Assembly (NCBI GenBank): GCA_028534125.1
Contig: CM052816.1
Span: forward strand, 19,966,001-20,030,000
Direction of reading: 5' to 3'
Origin: Lama glama
Lineage: Eukaryota
DNA length: 64,000 bases
Shown here: positions 1-32,085 of the stretch, piece by piece
How the letters are laid out: each line of letters starts with the position of its first letter
Position numbering within the stretch: the stretch's first letter is position 1
Notes under the pieces: generated by a model
Seen by the model: the letters and a program-made list of their open reading frames with translations, nothing else
What the model was told of the DNA's origin: nothing
Database searches by the model: none
Made by a program: the position numbers and the translations under genes

Positions 1-509
1 AAGGGCTATTAACTCATGCTGCAGCCTACTGCTCTCTTCTTGGTTTTGGCTATGTCACTAAGCCCAAAATAGAAAATTCTTTTACTGCAGAGCAGGGAAA
101 GAGGTTTAAATTTATCAGTTCAAATAACAAAGGGTAGCATTATACTGGCTTTTCTCGGGTGGGGGTAGGGAGAGAGAATGCCTGCTGCATCAAGGAGGAG
201 TGATTTGACACTGGCAGGGACTGGGACCCGGAGACAAGTGTACACTGTGGTGAGTTGGGCTTGTTTCCCATCCTGGCCCTTGTCACTCCCTCTTTCCAAC
301 TGTGTCACCTCTTTTAGGACATGGGAAAGCAGCTGAACCACTGGGGATTCAGCCCCAGAAATGTCCCTGAAGTTATTAGACTGGAAACAATTCTTGGAGC
401 CAAACCCCTTCTCTCTCAGCATTTAGAGAAGTCAGTACCTTGCCTCAAAGTTAAATAGCAGGGAGATATTTTTTCCTGTCAAATGGTCAAACATTTTACA
501 GGATCTCTG

Positions 510-1100
510 GGGTTGGAAAGAGTTTGGGGCAAGTGGCATTCTCATACATTGCTGGAGGGAGGTAGGCTGATCCTCTCATCTGGAAGGCAACCAGACAAGA
601 TGGATCCGAGGTACAGCAGAGGATGTAGATCCAGAGGATCTCTCATCTACAGCTGGTGGAAGTATAAACTGGTTCCCTAGACAAACTCTTGTACATGTAC
701 AACATGGGACATTTACAGTAATGTTCACATCAGCAGTGTGAACAAGAGCTAAATCCTAGAAACAATGCACTTGCCCATGAGGGGGAGAGTTGATGGTAAA
801 CTGTGGTGTAGTCATGCATTAGGGTATTTTACACCAGAAAAAATGAACTACAGTGAAATTTAAAGATATGGATAAGGTTTTTAGCAAAATAATATAAAGT
901 GCAAAAATAAGTCCTGAAAGATTACATACATGATACGCTTTTTATAAAGCTGTGAACAGTTTCTTTTTTAAGTGAACAGTTTTTTAAAAAATCATTCTTT
1001 AGGAGTACCTATAGATACAGTAAAACCATATAAAAAGAAAAAGAAGGAAATAAACATATGATTCAGGATGGTTCTCTTAGTTGGGGAGCACAGGGAGGTG
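510..1100 (+). mobile_element. Old L1 (L1ME-like) 3' fragments
   Basis: Typical L1M motifs (ctcatacattgctgg, gtataaactgg, aaactcttgtacatgtaca, aaactgtggtgtagtcat). Confidence 0.5.
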
Positions 1101-1118
1101 AGGGGGAAGGCCTTATGG

Positions 1119-1236
1119 GATTTTTAAAATTAATTAATTTATTTTGTGGGGGAAGGTAATTAGATTTGTTTATTTGTTTTTTAATGGAGGTACTGGGGAT
1201 TGTTTGTTTTGTTAGTTTTTTTTTAATGGAGGTACT
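1119..1236 (-). mobile_element. Two tandem 5'-truncated fragments of the same SINE family
   Basis: Two copies of ttttaatggaggtactg with T-rich tails; direct repeat gccttatgg at 1110-1118 and 1237-1245. Confidence 0.75.
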
Positions 1237-1430
1237 GCCTTATGGTTTAAATATTGGTTATTGTTGAGGTCTGAGCTTTTGAGGATTGGTGGTGGATTTA
1301 CAGGCACTGATTACATTATTTAAATGAATGAATTTACCACGCAAAATAACAGAATCAGGCCATTGGTTACAATTATGATAGTGCCATGAACCAAGGATTA
1401 TGGTTAATCCAGTTCTGTGTCCCTGACGTT

Positions 1431-1467
1431 AACAAAACAAAATAAAACAAAACAAAACAAAACAAAA
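1431..1467. repeat. (AAAAC)n microsatellite
   Basis: Seen directly. Confidence 0.9.
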
Positions 1468-1499
1468 GCAGTCCCAGAAAAGTCACAGAAGTTATCAGA

Positions 1500-1950
1500 T
1501 ACTTTGCACAGTGATTCTCCTTCTAAACATTTATCTTAAGGAATAAATCAAGATGTACATAAAAATTTATAAACAAGAATATTTATCATGGTATTTATAA
1601 ATATAAAAATATGAAAGAATCTAACTACCAAACTAAGGGACTCGTTACATAAATTGGGATGCATCTGTATACTTGAAAATTAGGCAGTTTTAAAAAATAT
1701 TATAAGAGTATTTAAGTATATGGGAAAATATGATATATCAGTTGAATAAAACAGGTTACAGAACAGACATACACAATATGAACGCAGTTTTTTTATTTCC
1801 CATAAATATATATATGCACACACAAAAAAACTGGGAGACTATACATCAGAATGATTATATCCTCACCCCTAGATGTTACCATTATTTCTTCTTTTCTTTA
1901 AACTTTTCAATAGTCCACAAATTTTCTACAGTGACCATTAATTCTTTTAC
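1500..1950 (+). mobile_element. Old L1 (L1ME-like) 3' fragment
   Basis: atttatcttaaggaataaatc, aagaatatttatcatggtatttat, ggcagttttaaaaa; A-rich. Confidence 0.5.
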
Positions 1951-1969
1951 AATCAGAAATAATTTTATT

Positions 1970-1998
1970 TTATTTATTTTTAATGGAAGTACTGAGGA
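1970..1998 (-). mobile_element. 29-nt ultra-truncated SINE insertion
   Basis: ttatttatttttaatggaagtactgagga between perfect 16-bp direct repeats cagaaataattttatt (1954-1969, 1999-2014). Confidence 0.75.
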
Positions 1999-3415
1999 CA
2001 GAAATAATTTTATTACAAAAATAGATGTTTATAATAACAGCTAGTGTAGATGGAATATTTGTCATGTGTTAAGAGGTTTACATGGGTTAATTTACTTAAA
2101 GCTCAAAATAACCCAGTTAGGATGGTACTATGATGATCCTTATCTTACAGATGAAGGTGCTGAAGTTAGGGGTTTAAATAACTTGCACGAGGACACAGGG
2201 GTCATAAGAAGGGGTGCCTTGAATCAGGCTTCTAGGGGGCTCTTCAAAGAGTGGGTCTAATGTTAGGGTCTTGCTCTCCCTGATGTAAGGATGGCTCCAC
2301 CAGAGAGAATGATCTTCCTGAGAACAGTATTGGAAACTGAACAGCCTGATGTGGACCTGAAATCCACACAGAGAGAGAGGCCCCGATGTATGCCTGAGCC
2401 AGAGCCCATACAAGGGGGCTAATCACTGAACATGGGGAGGACAGACATGGGGGAGCCAGGGCACCCAGCCCCTGAAGTTTCTGATGAGCCCTTATGGAAA
2501 AGGAGATCCCAGTGATTGGAGAACTGATTGGAGAGCAGAGATGTTTTACTCATGTCTCTGGCCAGCTCACTCCCACCAACCACTGTACTAGGATTGGTGT
2601 ACACAGCCTTTGGTGGAGAGGAGGAGGGTGCTGTCCCTATGCGACAGAGCCAGGGACTTAGCTGCGGTCTCTTCTCATCACTCATGCTTTAAATATAAGC
2701 TCTGATGTGATCAAGGCACCAGAGATAAAATGCTTTTCTCAAGCTGAGTTGGCAGGATCTGGTATCCACTTTGGACAAGACAACGGAAAACAGACTTAGG
2801 GGGAAAAACTCCCTTGGCCTTGACACCAACACACGAGAGTTGAAGAATCTGACACCTAACATTGTAGAATAAACAACCGTAGGTATGGTTTCCTATATTT
2901 TCTTCAAAATCCCTATTATAGATATGATTTAAGAGGGAATAGATTTTAATAGATCTTCTCAGGTGAAGAATTCTGGACTATTCTTCAAGGTGTAACTCAG
3001 GCATCAGCTTCTGTGGAAAACCTTCCCAAGCTGCCCAAGCAACAAGGTCATCCCTTTTCAACACATGTTTATTAAATGACTTGTTTACCTGTCAGACTAT
3101 CTTTCCCTGCTGGAGCATAAGCTCAGTAGACTGTGTTATACACCTCTAGGTTTTCCCTGTTTTCCCTGAACATCTTTCCATCAACTCTTCCCCACAGGCA
3201 TCCCTATGCCTGCCATGTGGTTAAGTGCTAATTAAATGTTGCTCTTGGAACAGAGAGCTATCGAGGTTTGGAGTTTGGTCTTCTAAAATCCCCAGAGCTG
3301 GGAACCAACCCCCTTTTTGCATCTCTGATACTGGAGAAAATCTGATGAAAGCTAAGAACTCTTCCCTAGAAAACACATGCAAAAGAAAATTCCCAATTGT
3401 ATAGCAGTAAATACA

Positions 3416-3416
<1 letters not shown>

Positions 3417-3449
<33 letters not shown>
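3417..3449. repeat. (AC)16 microsatellite
   Basis: Seen directly. Confidence 0.95.
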
Positions 3450-3452
<3 letters not shown>

Positions 3453-3494
3453 CATACACAAATGAGTACTTGTAAAGCTGGGGAAATCTGAAAA

Positions 3495-3645
3495 AGATAG
3501 GTGGATTGTTCACTATCAATATCCCCAATGTAATGTTGTACTATAGTATTGCAAGATATTACCACTGGGAAACTGGGATCTCTATTATTTCTTACAACTG
3601 TATATGAATCTAAAATTATCTCAGTAAAAATTTCAATAAAAAAAC
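3495..3645 (+). mobile_element. L1MC-like 3' end
   Basis: tgtactatagtattgcaagatattaccactggga...tttcttacaactgtatatgaatctaaaattatctc...aataaaaaaa. Confidence 0.65.
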
Positions 3646-4439
3646 TTCCTATATATTATCCTTTGGGAGTTGGTTGATCCCCCTGAATTCACCCATGAAT
3701 CCTAATTTGAGAACTCCCCAATATAGTCCAATCTCTACATTGTTGGGTGAGGAAACTGATGGGAAAGGATGTGCTCAAAGTCATATAGATTGTTGGTGGC
3801 AGAAGTGGAGATGAGTCCAGCTTTCTTTTCCAGGAGATGAGCTCCTGGGAGAGAGAGAGAGTGCTGTCCATGTTGTGCTATTTGCTTAACTTAAAGGCAA
3901 GACAAACCAATCAGGGCAACTGATACTCTCTGACATAGGGAGAGAGCTGGGCAATTCATTTTCAGAATTATTTGGTCTTTTTTTCTTCTCAATGCTTTTT
4001 CGACTGCCTGGGTTCAGACTCTGGATGGGAAGGATCTTATTCCCAAAGAAGGTGACTTGGAAATGTGTAGCTCAGGGACGAGCAGCCTTTTTGATTCTGA
4101 GTGCCAAAAGAGGAGCTAAACTGTGCCTGTGTGTTATCCCAAAAAGCTGGACAAATGGAGGAGTAGGAGAGAAAGAAGAGGAAAAAGAAAGAGAGTATGT
4201 CAGGAGAAAAGAAAAGGGCATGGTACAAGGAGAAGATAACAGAGGAGTGAATGGGATGGAAGTAGTTAGGAAGCAGGATTGGTAGGGTGGGCTGGACCGC
4301 AGACCACTCACTAACCTGCAGCCTTTAAAGACACTGCTTTTTGCTCTATTCTTGGAGACTGCTAGGTGTTGAAGTATCAGATGGTCTAATGGTTAAGATC
4401 TTCCTTTCATGAAAATCTCTTGTGATCTGATGCTAAAAG

Positions 4440-4655
4440 CTCTCTAGTAAAGAGTTTAAGTGCTGAAGACAGACTAAGTTTGAACTCTAGCTCCTCTACT
4501 TACTAGTTAGTTTATCTTATACAATCCCTTTGTGCCTCAGTTTCATCATCTGTGAAATGAGGATAATAATAGTACCTGCCTCATGAGTTGTGAGGGATAA
4601 ATTACACATGTAAAACATTTAGAAGAATACTCGACATATAGTAAATAATTAATGT
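4440..4655 (+). mobile_element. MIR SINE
   Basis: Core tgtgcctcagtttcatcatctgtgaaatgaggataataatagtacctgcctcat. Confidence 0.8.
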
Positions 4656-5803
4656 GGGCTTTATAACTGTTACTTCTTCACAGAGGCTCATTTCCTCTTG
4701 CTTGTTTCTCCAAAGACAGAGATAGCTGGTTAGCATCTTTCCTCTAAGAAACAGCCATCAACATCTAGGCACTAAATTATCCATCCATTTTCTCTTTTCT
4801 GCAAGTACTGTTCCTTCTTTTGTTAGCGGACCCAACTCCACTACCATCCACCACAATGGGAATTTAAAGAGGAACACAGAAGTACCTGGTAATCAAGGGG
4901 TCTCCCTGCTTGGTGTTCTCTCCAGCGGCTTAGGGAACGAACACATCTGTGAGAGAAAAGTTTGTTTCTTTCCATCCAGCAGGAGAGCAGTATGGCCCTT
5001 TATCTCTTTGCAAATGAACTTCAAAGCACTGTTTAGATGTCATTATCTATGTTTGCAAATTCACCTTATGTGGGGAATCTCATTTCTAAATCTTGCCTGG
5101 AGTCAAGCTAGAGCGCTGGTGAACTGGCTAATCTGGAAAAATAAAGAACAAAGTGTGAACAGATTTTTCTCTCTGGCTTCCTACAAAATGTCCCCCTCCT
5201 CTGCAGTGTTTCTGGGAGTCCTTAGGGAACGCCTCCCGTGGGCTCACCAACAAATCCTCCATTCATACCTCTCTGCTATGACAGGTGCCAGGTCTCTGTG
5301 AGGTTCTACTGGATTCTGAGGTCTCCTGCTGGTCTTTTAGGCACTCCCAATCAAGAGATATCTAGAGTCATCAGAGAAAACTCTTCCGAGGGTATGGGGC
5401 TTGAACTGGTCTTAAATGACAAGTCGAGTTCATATAGATACAGGCGCTATACAGGGACCAGAGATAGGTTGAGTAAAGAGGTGTAAATTGGAATGGAATG
5501 GATGAGTATAGCATTGGTCTGGGAGAGTATGGGGCCCAGTGACCTGAAAAGAAGAGATTTCAGTGAGACGGAGGGCAGGAGAAAAGGCCATAGTAAAATC
5601 TTTGTAAGGAGGCCACGTGAGAATGCCACAAGAGAGGTAAGACTTCTTCTCACAGGCAAGTGGGGGCCCTTGAGTAATATTCCAGGGCATAGTGGAATAT
5701 TTATTGGAACTGTTGACTGCATGTTCATTGGGCCTGTGATTCCCCTAAAGAAGTGCCTTCTCATAAAGATTTTTTTTTTCACAATTGAAAAAACAAGCAA
5801 TAT

Positions 5804-5944
5804 GGGGGAAAGTATAGCTCAAAAGATAGAGCATATGCTTAGCATGCATGAGGTCCTGGGTTCAATCCCCAGTAACTCCATTTAAAAAAACTAATAATAA
5901 ATAATTAAATAGAACTAATGACCCCCCCCCAAAAAAAACCCAAG
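5804..5944 (+). mobile_element. tRNA-Ala-derived SINE (Vic-1-like)
   Basis: GGGGGAAAGTATAGCTC...GGTTCAATCCCCAG head with A/B boxes, AT-rich tail with a C-run and A-run; imperfect TSD aaaacaagcaatatg / aaaacaaacagtatg. Confidence 0.9.
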
Positions 5945-7074
5945 AAAACAAACAGTATGTTTTCATTACAGAATAATCAAGTAAAAGAAAAATAAAAAAC
6001 AATCCCACTTACCAAAAGCAATGCTGTTAATACCTCACTGTGTATCTTTCTAAAGTCTCTTATAAACATATATTTACAATATATATTTAATAAAATTAGT
6101 TATACTTGCTATTTTATAAAAGTACTTTTTTCACTTAAAATTATTGTGAATACTGTTTTATATCAATAAACATACTTTTATGATAAAGATTTTTAATAGC
6201 TGCAAAGTTGGTGACAATATTCTTAAAGTTTACCCAACTTTCTAGAGTGATGAGTTTTGCTTTCTATTTCAGATTTTTTTTCCTTTAACAGAAAAAAAAT
6301 TTTACTCTGTAACTAAGAATGGTATCTGGATGTCATAGACATTACCAGGGGACATGTTCATTTAGCCCTCTCTTTTTCTTTTTTTTTTTTTAGTCAAACT
6401 GAAAAGAGAAGGGGCCAATTTATATCTGTGGCAAAGGCCCTGGTCACACAATTTTGGTCATATCTACAAAATTCTAATTTCAAGTGTAAGGGGAATATAA
6501 GGTGAATTTTTCTGAAAACCACAAAGGAGAGGAGTAGAGATGGATATCAATGAGTTGCAAGCATCATTGCATATCCTGAGTGCAGAAATCTTCTGGTAGT
6601 TAGTTGGGCAGGCCCAGTTGGCCAGAGCATGCCAGGCTTCTCATGGGCAGAACCAGGAAGATGCTGACTGCTCAGGTCTATTGTGGGGCTTCTGAAGCAT
6701 AGACAGCCTTGCTACCAAGACTGTGTTATCAGATATGGCACCCTATTAAAATGTAAGATTCTGATCTGACAGGAACAGAAGTCTGACCAAATGAATTATT
6801 GGATTTATTCCTAAGTGACTTACCCTCTATACAAAAAAAACTTCTGAATATTTGCTTGATGGCAAGGGAAGAGACAAGGTGTTCTTTTTGTTTCATCTCT
6901 ACTCTCTTTCCTTAAATTTCTTCCCCTTCCCCACTTCATCCAAAGGCTTTGTGTCTATATGATGTTTTTGATAGCTATGTTTTATTTCCAAAGACCACTA
7001 CATATTTCATGGCAGGCATTGAGGGGCTCCAGCTGGCAATAAAGGATATTTAGAATGAGACCACTTAGAAATAA

Positions 7075-7305
7075 TAATAGTAATGATAATAATAAGATAC
7101 TTACTGGACATTTATTACATACTTTGTGGTGTTTTACATTTGTAATTCTCAGAACCCTATTATTTGGCTATTACAGTGATCCCCATTTTATCGGTGAGGA
7201 AACTCAGAAAAGTTAGGTACTTTGCCAAACATCACACATTGAGGCAGTTCCAGAACCAGAATTCAAAGCTGGTCCATCTGACGCCAGAGCCATTTCTTAC
7301 CTACA
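7075..7305 (-). mobile_element. MIR SINE
   Basis: atccccattttatcggtgaggaaactcagaaaagttaggtactttgccaa, the reverse MIR core. Confidence 0.7.
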
Positions 7306-10081
7306 CAGCCCTACTTTCTGTCTTGGTTAAGTTTAGAAGTCAGGGCACTGGAAGAAACAACAACAAAATAAACCTAACACAAGGCCAAGAGAATTGCTGA
7401 CAAATAAAATATATCTCATTCCTTCTCCATGTTTAATGTCAATTTTTATACCTTGGCAAAGAGTGACTATTATAAAGCTCTTTGCTCAAGGTTATCTTCC
7501 CCCTACCCCACCTCCATCATCAGATGATTTTTATTTATAGCTATGTTTAAACATCATAGGTAACCCTCAGACTTGCTGTATCCTGAATATGCCATCTGAG
7601 CAAAGATTCTTTTTGAAAGCATATTTGCTTTATTCATTCTCTGGTTATTGCCAAGAAATTAAAAGGGCAATTCTTTTTGGTTTGCTTTTAACTTTTTGTT
7701 CCAAGTATTCCTCAGCTCTAGAATTGAGACAGTCATGTCTAATTGGCCAAGACCAGGTAAATCAAACTGAATTTTCAGATCCATTGGTTATTTCGAGTTC
7801 TACAGACTAAAAAAATTTTTAGATTTCTTCTAAAGGAAAAGATTTTCTGATTTAGTTCTGTATTGTTTATAATCCTATATGCTTTACTTCACTGCTTGAA
7901 TGCTAATAAGAGCTTCCTAGAATTCATTCCTTAAGAAGTTAAGCCATGGCCTCTTAATTATTTGGCAGGATGTTTTAAACATACATAATTATATCTTCCA
8001 TTTCTGTGGTGGTGGTGAGCCAAGTAATCTGCATCAGGAGAAAATAAATAATACCTACAGTAATGCTATCAACAAGGAGCTCACAGCACTTTGGAAAAAT
8101 CCACTCATAATCTTAGCACTTACTAGGTGCTCAATACTTTTTTATCTACCAAACTAAACCAAACTTACACTTTTCAGATAAGAGAATTCAGGCAAAGGGA
8201 AATTATATTGACCCTCCTCCATATTTCAGTCTTTTGAGGTCAGTTGTGTGAGTGTAGCTAAGATCTTGCACTTGGGAGTATGAATTTTTATATCCTGACC
8301 ACCACCTTGGGTGAGTCCCTTCTCTTTTCTGAGTGCCTGCCTCCTTCTTGCCCTATGAGACAGAATCACTTGTCACACAGGTACAGAGCAATGGTGAACA
8401 AGATAAGATAGCACACTAGGCACGACTTTATAAGCATAGACACCAAGTGATTTTTCTCCTCATTCATTCCACATGGTCTTAACTCTTACTCCTCTGTTGT
8501 CTGGGGCTGTTACTGCAAAACATAGTCAGAAGTTGGGTCTAAAAGATTTCTTTCCCAGTCTGGAAAAATTAAGTATGTTATAAACTTTTGGAGGAGTAGA
8601 TACAGGTTCTTTCTTCTGGGCAAGCTACAGGGAGGTTCAAGGGGAAAGCGGAATTGCAATTTCCAGCCAAGGAAGACGAAACCATTCAGCCTCGCTAAGC
8701 AGGTTGTTTTAGATAATTTTCAGTCCCGCCTTTAGCTGATCCAGGCCTCCAGGGCCTTCTTCAGCCTGTTGGTCGGGATGATGCCCTCCGGGTTGCAAGG
8801 TGAGCTCTCCTACAGTACATCTCTGAGCGCTTGGTTCGACTGCTGTTGGGGGTAGGGAGTCTAGAAGACAGGGACCAGGTTCAGCTCTTGCCTTGCACTT
8901 AAAGGTTTCTTGTCATTTGGAAAACTTCTCTTAGGTCCTGTGGACATCATAATCGCTCTTCGGCCTACCTATCCCCAAACCATTTTAGGCAGTACTGTTG
9001 AGAGAATATAAGCTCCACCAGTGTAGCATACCTTCTTTGTTTGGATGACCCTTTCGTCTCCCAGGCATGCATCTACCACATAGCGCTCTACGGAGCCAAA
9101 TACTTCTGTGAATCCAGAACAATGGAATGTGAAAACATTTTGCAAACCTCAAAGAGATTCATACCCAGAGGTCCGATCCTAGGGTATCCGAGCTTTCTTT
9201 ATTTTTTATTTTTCCCGGGCTTTCTTTAAAGCACGGATCGTAGCCGCTTCTGACACTACCCGGTCGTGGTCAGGACCTGTGCATCCACCCCCTTGCGGCT
9301 TTCCCTTTAGAAAGTAGGCCATGTGGGAAGAAGTTGGGGGCGGAAGCGTTTCTCCTTCCCAGGAGGAACCGGAGTCGAAGGAAGGCGCACAACTGGGGCG
9401 GAAGGCGACGAACGGTGAGGCTGTGCGGGGCATAGAGCATTCCCCCAGAGACAGGTGTGTGCTGGGGGAGTCAGGTGCACTTCTCGGCACCACCCCCCCA
9501 GCAGGTACACTCTCCTCCGCCTACGAGTGACCTAATTACAAGGTGCCAGCCGCGCCTGGAGACGGAGGTGGTCACTTCAACCAGGCTACCACTCGGCACC
9601 CTTTCCTGCCCCCAGAGTGGGAATCCCACGCAATTCCAGTGCTGTTGTTACATGGGGGTGCCATGGGGTCACACTTCTATTTTTTGTCATTTGATTGCAG
9701 TCGCCAGGTGAAGAGCCAGGGCGTAACACCTTAGTGAAAAAGTCTCCGGCACTTAAGAGCCACCCTCCCACCGCGCCTGCGCCAGGTCGACGCCCGCGCA
9801 GCGCAGAACGTAGTGCTCGGGGATTAGCCCACTTCCCAGCTGCATGCACGCCCCCTACTCGGACTCGGGCTTCCCTTCCCCCTCGGCCCCTCCCTTCTGG
9901 AGGACCACGCCCTAAAAACGAAGGCGCCTATTACCAGCCAGCTACTTTGCGCCTGCGCTTCGGCCCCTAGTTCCCGCCCCAGCTCCAGTCTGGCGGTAGA
10001 TCACGGCTGGCGCTGCAGTTGCGCAGCTCGAGTCCCGGCCCTTCTACCCCTCCGCACCCCGCCGCCTCCTGACGCCGGGCG

Positions 10082-10089
10082 TGACGTCA
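10082..10089. promoter_or_regulatory. Full cAMP-response element (TGACGTCA)
   Basis: Perfect palindrome ~240 nt upstream of the PPP2CA ATG, with a TGACG half site at 10070. Confidence 0.85.
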
Positions 10090-10200
10090 CCACGCCGGCG
10101 GCCGCCATTACAGAGAGGAGAGCTACGGGGCTAGAGCGGGCGGAGGAGGGCAGGGGCCGGCGGCCGAACGCTGAGGGGCGAACCAGCGGGCCAGCGCTAG

Positions 10201-29079
<18,879 letters not shown>

Positions 29080-29746
29080 TGAAATTTTAAACTTGTACAG
29101 TATTGCCATGAACCATATACTGACCTAATGGAAATGGGAAGAGCAACAGTAACTCCACAAAGTGTCAGAGAATAGTTAACATTCAAAAAAACTTGTTTTC
29201 ATACGGACCAAAAGATGTGCCATATAAAAATACAAAGCCTCTTGTCATCAACAGCCGTGACCACTTTAGAATGAACCAGTTCATTGCATGCTGAAGCGAC
29301 ATTGTTGGTCAAGAAACCAGTTTCTGGCATAGCGCTATTTGTAGTTACTTTGCTTTCTCTGAGAGACTGCAGATAATAAGATGTAAACATTAACACCTCG
29401 TGAATACAATTTAACTTCCATTTAGTTATAGCTTTACTCAGCATGACTGTAGATAAGAATAGCAGCAAACAATCATTGGAGCTTAATGAACATTTTTAAA
29501 AATAAGTACCAAGGCCTCCCCTCTACTTGTGAGTTTTGACATCGTTTTGTTTATTTTCAGGGATACTGTTTAATTTAATTGTATGATTTGTCTGCGCCCA
29601 GTTTATTTCTCTTCTCAAATCTCAGCCTCATGTTGTTCTTTGTTATTGTCAGAACCTGGTGAGTTGTTTTGAGCAGAACTGTTTTTTTTTTTTTGTCCCT
29701 CCTGTAAGACGATGTTACTGCACAAGAACACTGCAGTGTTTTTCAT

Positions 29747-30118
29747 AATAAACTTGTGAACTAAGAACTGAGAAAGTCAAATTTTAATTGTATCAATGGG
29801 CAAGACTGGTGCTGTTTATTTAAAAGATACATCAATTGATAAATTTTGGAATTTGTCAAATTATAGGTAAAGAAAAATAAAAATCAAGGCCACTACATCA
29901 TCTCTCTGGTAACTCCTTGACATTTTTCAGATGAATTTCAGGATTTATTTGTAGTCCAGATAGTACAGTTTGTCACATGGCCAGTGCGCTGTTCATGGGT
30001 TCTTCCTGCATTTTGTTTGTAAGAAAGGAAATGAAATCTGTGTGCTACTTCAGAAAGATCTGATTGTAAAACAATTTAAATTGAGATTTAAGTTTCTTGA
30101 GTTTTGTTTTTTAATAAA
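29747..30118 (+). terminator. PPP2CA: PPP2CA tandem polyadenylation signals (AATAAA at 29747, 29876, 30113)
   Basis: Three AATAAA hexamers 0.67-1.04 kb after the stop codon, in an AU-rich, repeat-free 3' UTR. Confidence 0.7.
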
Positions 30119-32085
30119 ACAGCATGTTTTCAGGTAGAGCTTAACAAACTAATGTATCTACTTATCAGTCAGTGCAGTTTCTGATTATAAATATTGCTGT
30201 GTTTGTAACATGGACCCTTTAAAATGATTGACAGATGGGTTAAATTCTTAACCAATATATTTGTACATTACTTGTCTTGTGATCTTAGAGTTAAATTTGT
30301 CTCAGTTAAGAAAGCTGTTTAAAGCATTATCCTGGATTAAGCTCTTTAAGTGGTATTCCTTAAACTATTGCTGGATCATGGTTTAGTGTTATGTACTTTC
30401 ACTCAAGGACAAAACTGGCATTTGAAATGAAGTTGCAGTGATAAGCACTTAATGAGTTTTTTCCCCCCTTTTATCCTTTGAATAGGATTAGGAAGCTAAA
30501 AACAGTTCTTCTGTGGAAATTAATACTTGATTGTCTTAAGCTGCCAGGGTAAACTTCAGGACACTTAATCATGAATTGTGTGAGTGTAGTAATAAAATTT
30601 CTTTGCTTTGTATTGTGTTGAATTTGGAACTGATGAGGAAATTTTCACATTTTTCTGAAGATGCTTGAAGAAAATGCACACATACACATTGTATATGTAT
30701 TTTTTTAATGGTCCACTTTCTTGTTTTTTCCTGTTGTAATTGACAGCATTTTTGTAGCCCTTAGTGTTTCCACATGTCTCCATTTTGTTTTATTATTTGA
30801 TGCTTTCATAAGGAATATATTTCTCTCCTTTTCATTTTGTCACTTTATGCCTTTTCTCTCTGACTGAAAAGATAGTTTATTAACATGCAATAGCAATAAT
30901 CCAGTGTCCAAGTGATCTAGGTACCAAGCAGCTCTTTTTCAGGTCCTGTAATTAAAATTGGCTCCAAAGCAACCTATGTAATAGAGATGTGTTACTGTCA
31001 CCCTAGTACAGATTCTCTAAAGTAAACCTTGTGGTTAGCAGAAAAAGGCTTGTGGCCATACTGTCCTGGGTTTAGAATGATTGCCATAGTTTAATTTGTC
31101 TTAATTGTAGTAACCTCCCTGATTATGGAATGGGTAAAGAGAATGTAAGTGTAGCAGTTTCCTTTAAGAATATATAATTGGGGTTGCTGATTTGTCAATT
31201 AGTAACATTAAAATAGAATTATCATTTTTATAAAGCTTCTTGTTCAAAAAAATGAGTGTTTTTTGAGTATTCTAAACCGAGGATTTGGAGAAATTTGCTT
31301 TGGAACTTACTTGGTAAGGGTAAAATGAACTGGTAAAATGATGTACTCATTTCTTAGGTTGACTATCCTAAGCAAACGTAGATGACTGTTTTTCCTTGGT
31401 TGCAATAGGTATTTTTAAATGAAAGTATAGTGTGTCAGTATTAGATTATTTTTCAGAAAGACTTAGCTTTAGCTTTGTAGGAAAAGGATGGTTATTTCTA
31501 TGGTTCTTAACCTGGATGCCCAGAGATTCTAATTTAAATTGTTAGGAGGAAGGCCCAAGTATGGGTATTTTTAAGTTTCCCAAGTGGTTTTAATTTATAT
31601 CTAGGCTTACGAACCATTGCTCAGAAATGCCAAGTTACTCAATTTAGTTTTCTTGTCATAGTTCCATGCCACATTTATCAATAACGTTCCTAATTTACAT
31701 TTTAAAAGAATCACTGCTCAGTTTCCCAACTATACATTTAAGAATAATGGTTTTTGTGGTGATTGGTGGTGGTTTGGGCTTTGGCAAATAATTATAATAT
31801 ACTATGTGAGTGTTACTTTGTTTCAGTGGTAACTTTTATCTCTCCTGTATAATAAGCAGTCCCTTACCTTCAGCCATAATGTGTCACTAGAAATAAACCT
31901 TAGAGTTTAGTAATAGTCTTGTTTGTTATGAGGTAGATTCTGTTCCCATGAGCTAAAACTTTATTTCATTTACAGGTTTAATCTGTTCTCATACATTCTT
32001 TGACATTACTAGCTTTTATAGACTTTTTAAAAAGTTAAGTTCTTTTTCCCTTCACAGTTGTACATTTATTCTATTGAATAATCCT

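Noticed and set aside
5804..5880. tRNA-Ala-like genes (also at 26003, 32130, 61267)
   Set aside because: Acceptor and D stems are broken, and each copy has an A-rich tail and TSD, so they are SINE heads rather than tRNA genes
5493..5885. 130-aa ORF
   Set aside because: Runs through degenerate repeat sequence and ends inside a SINE head
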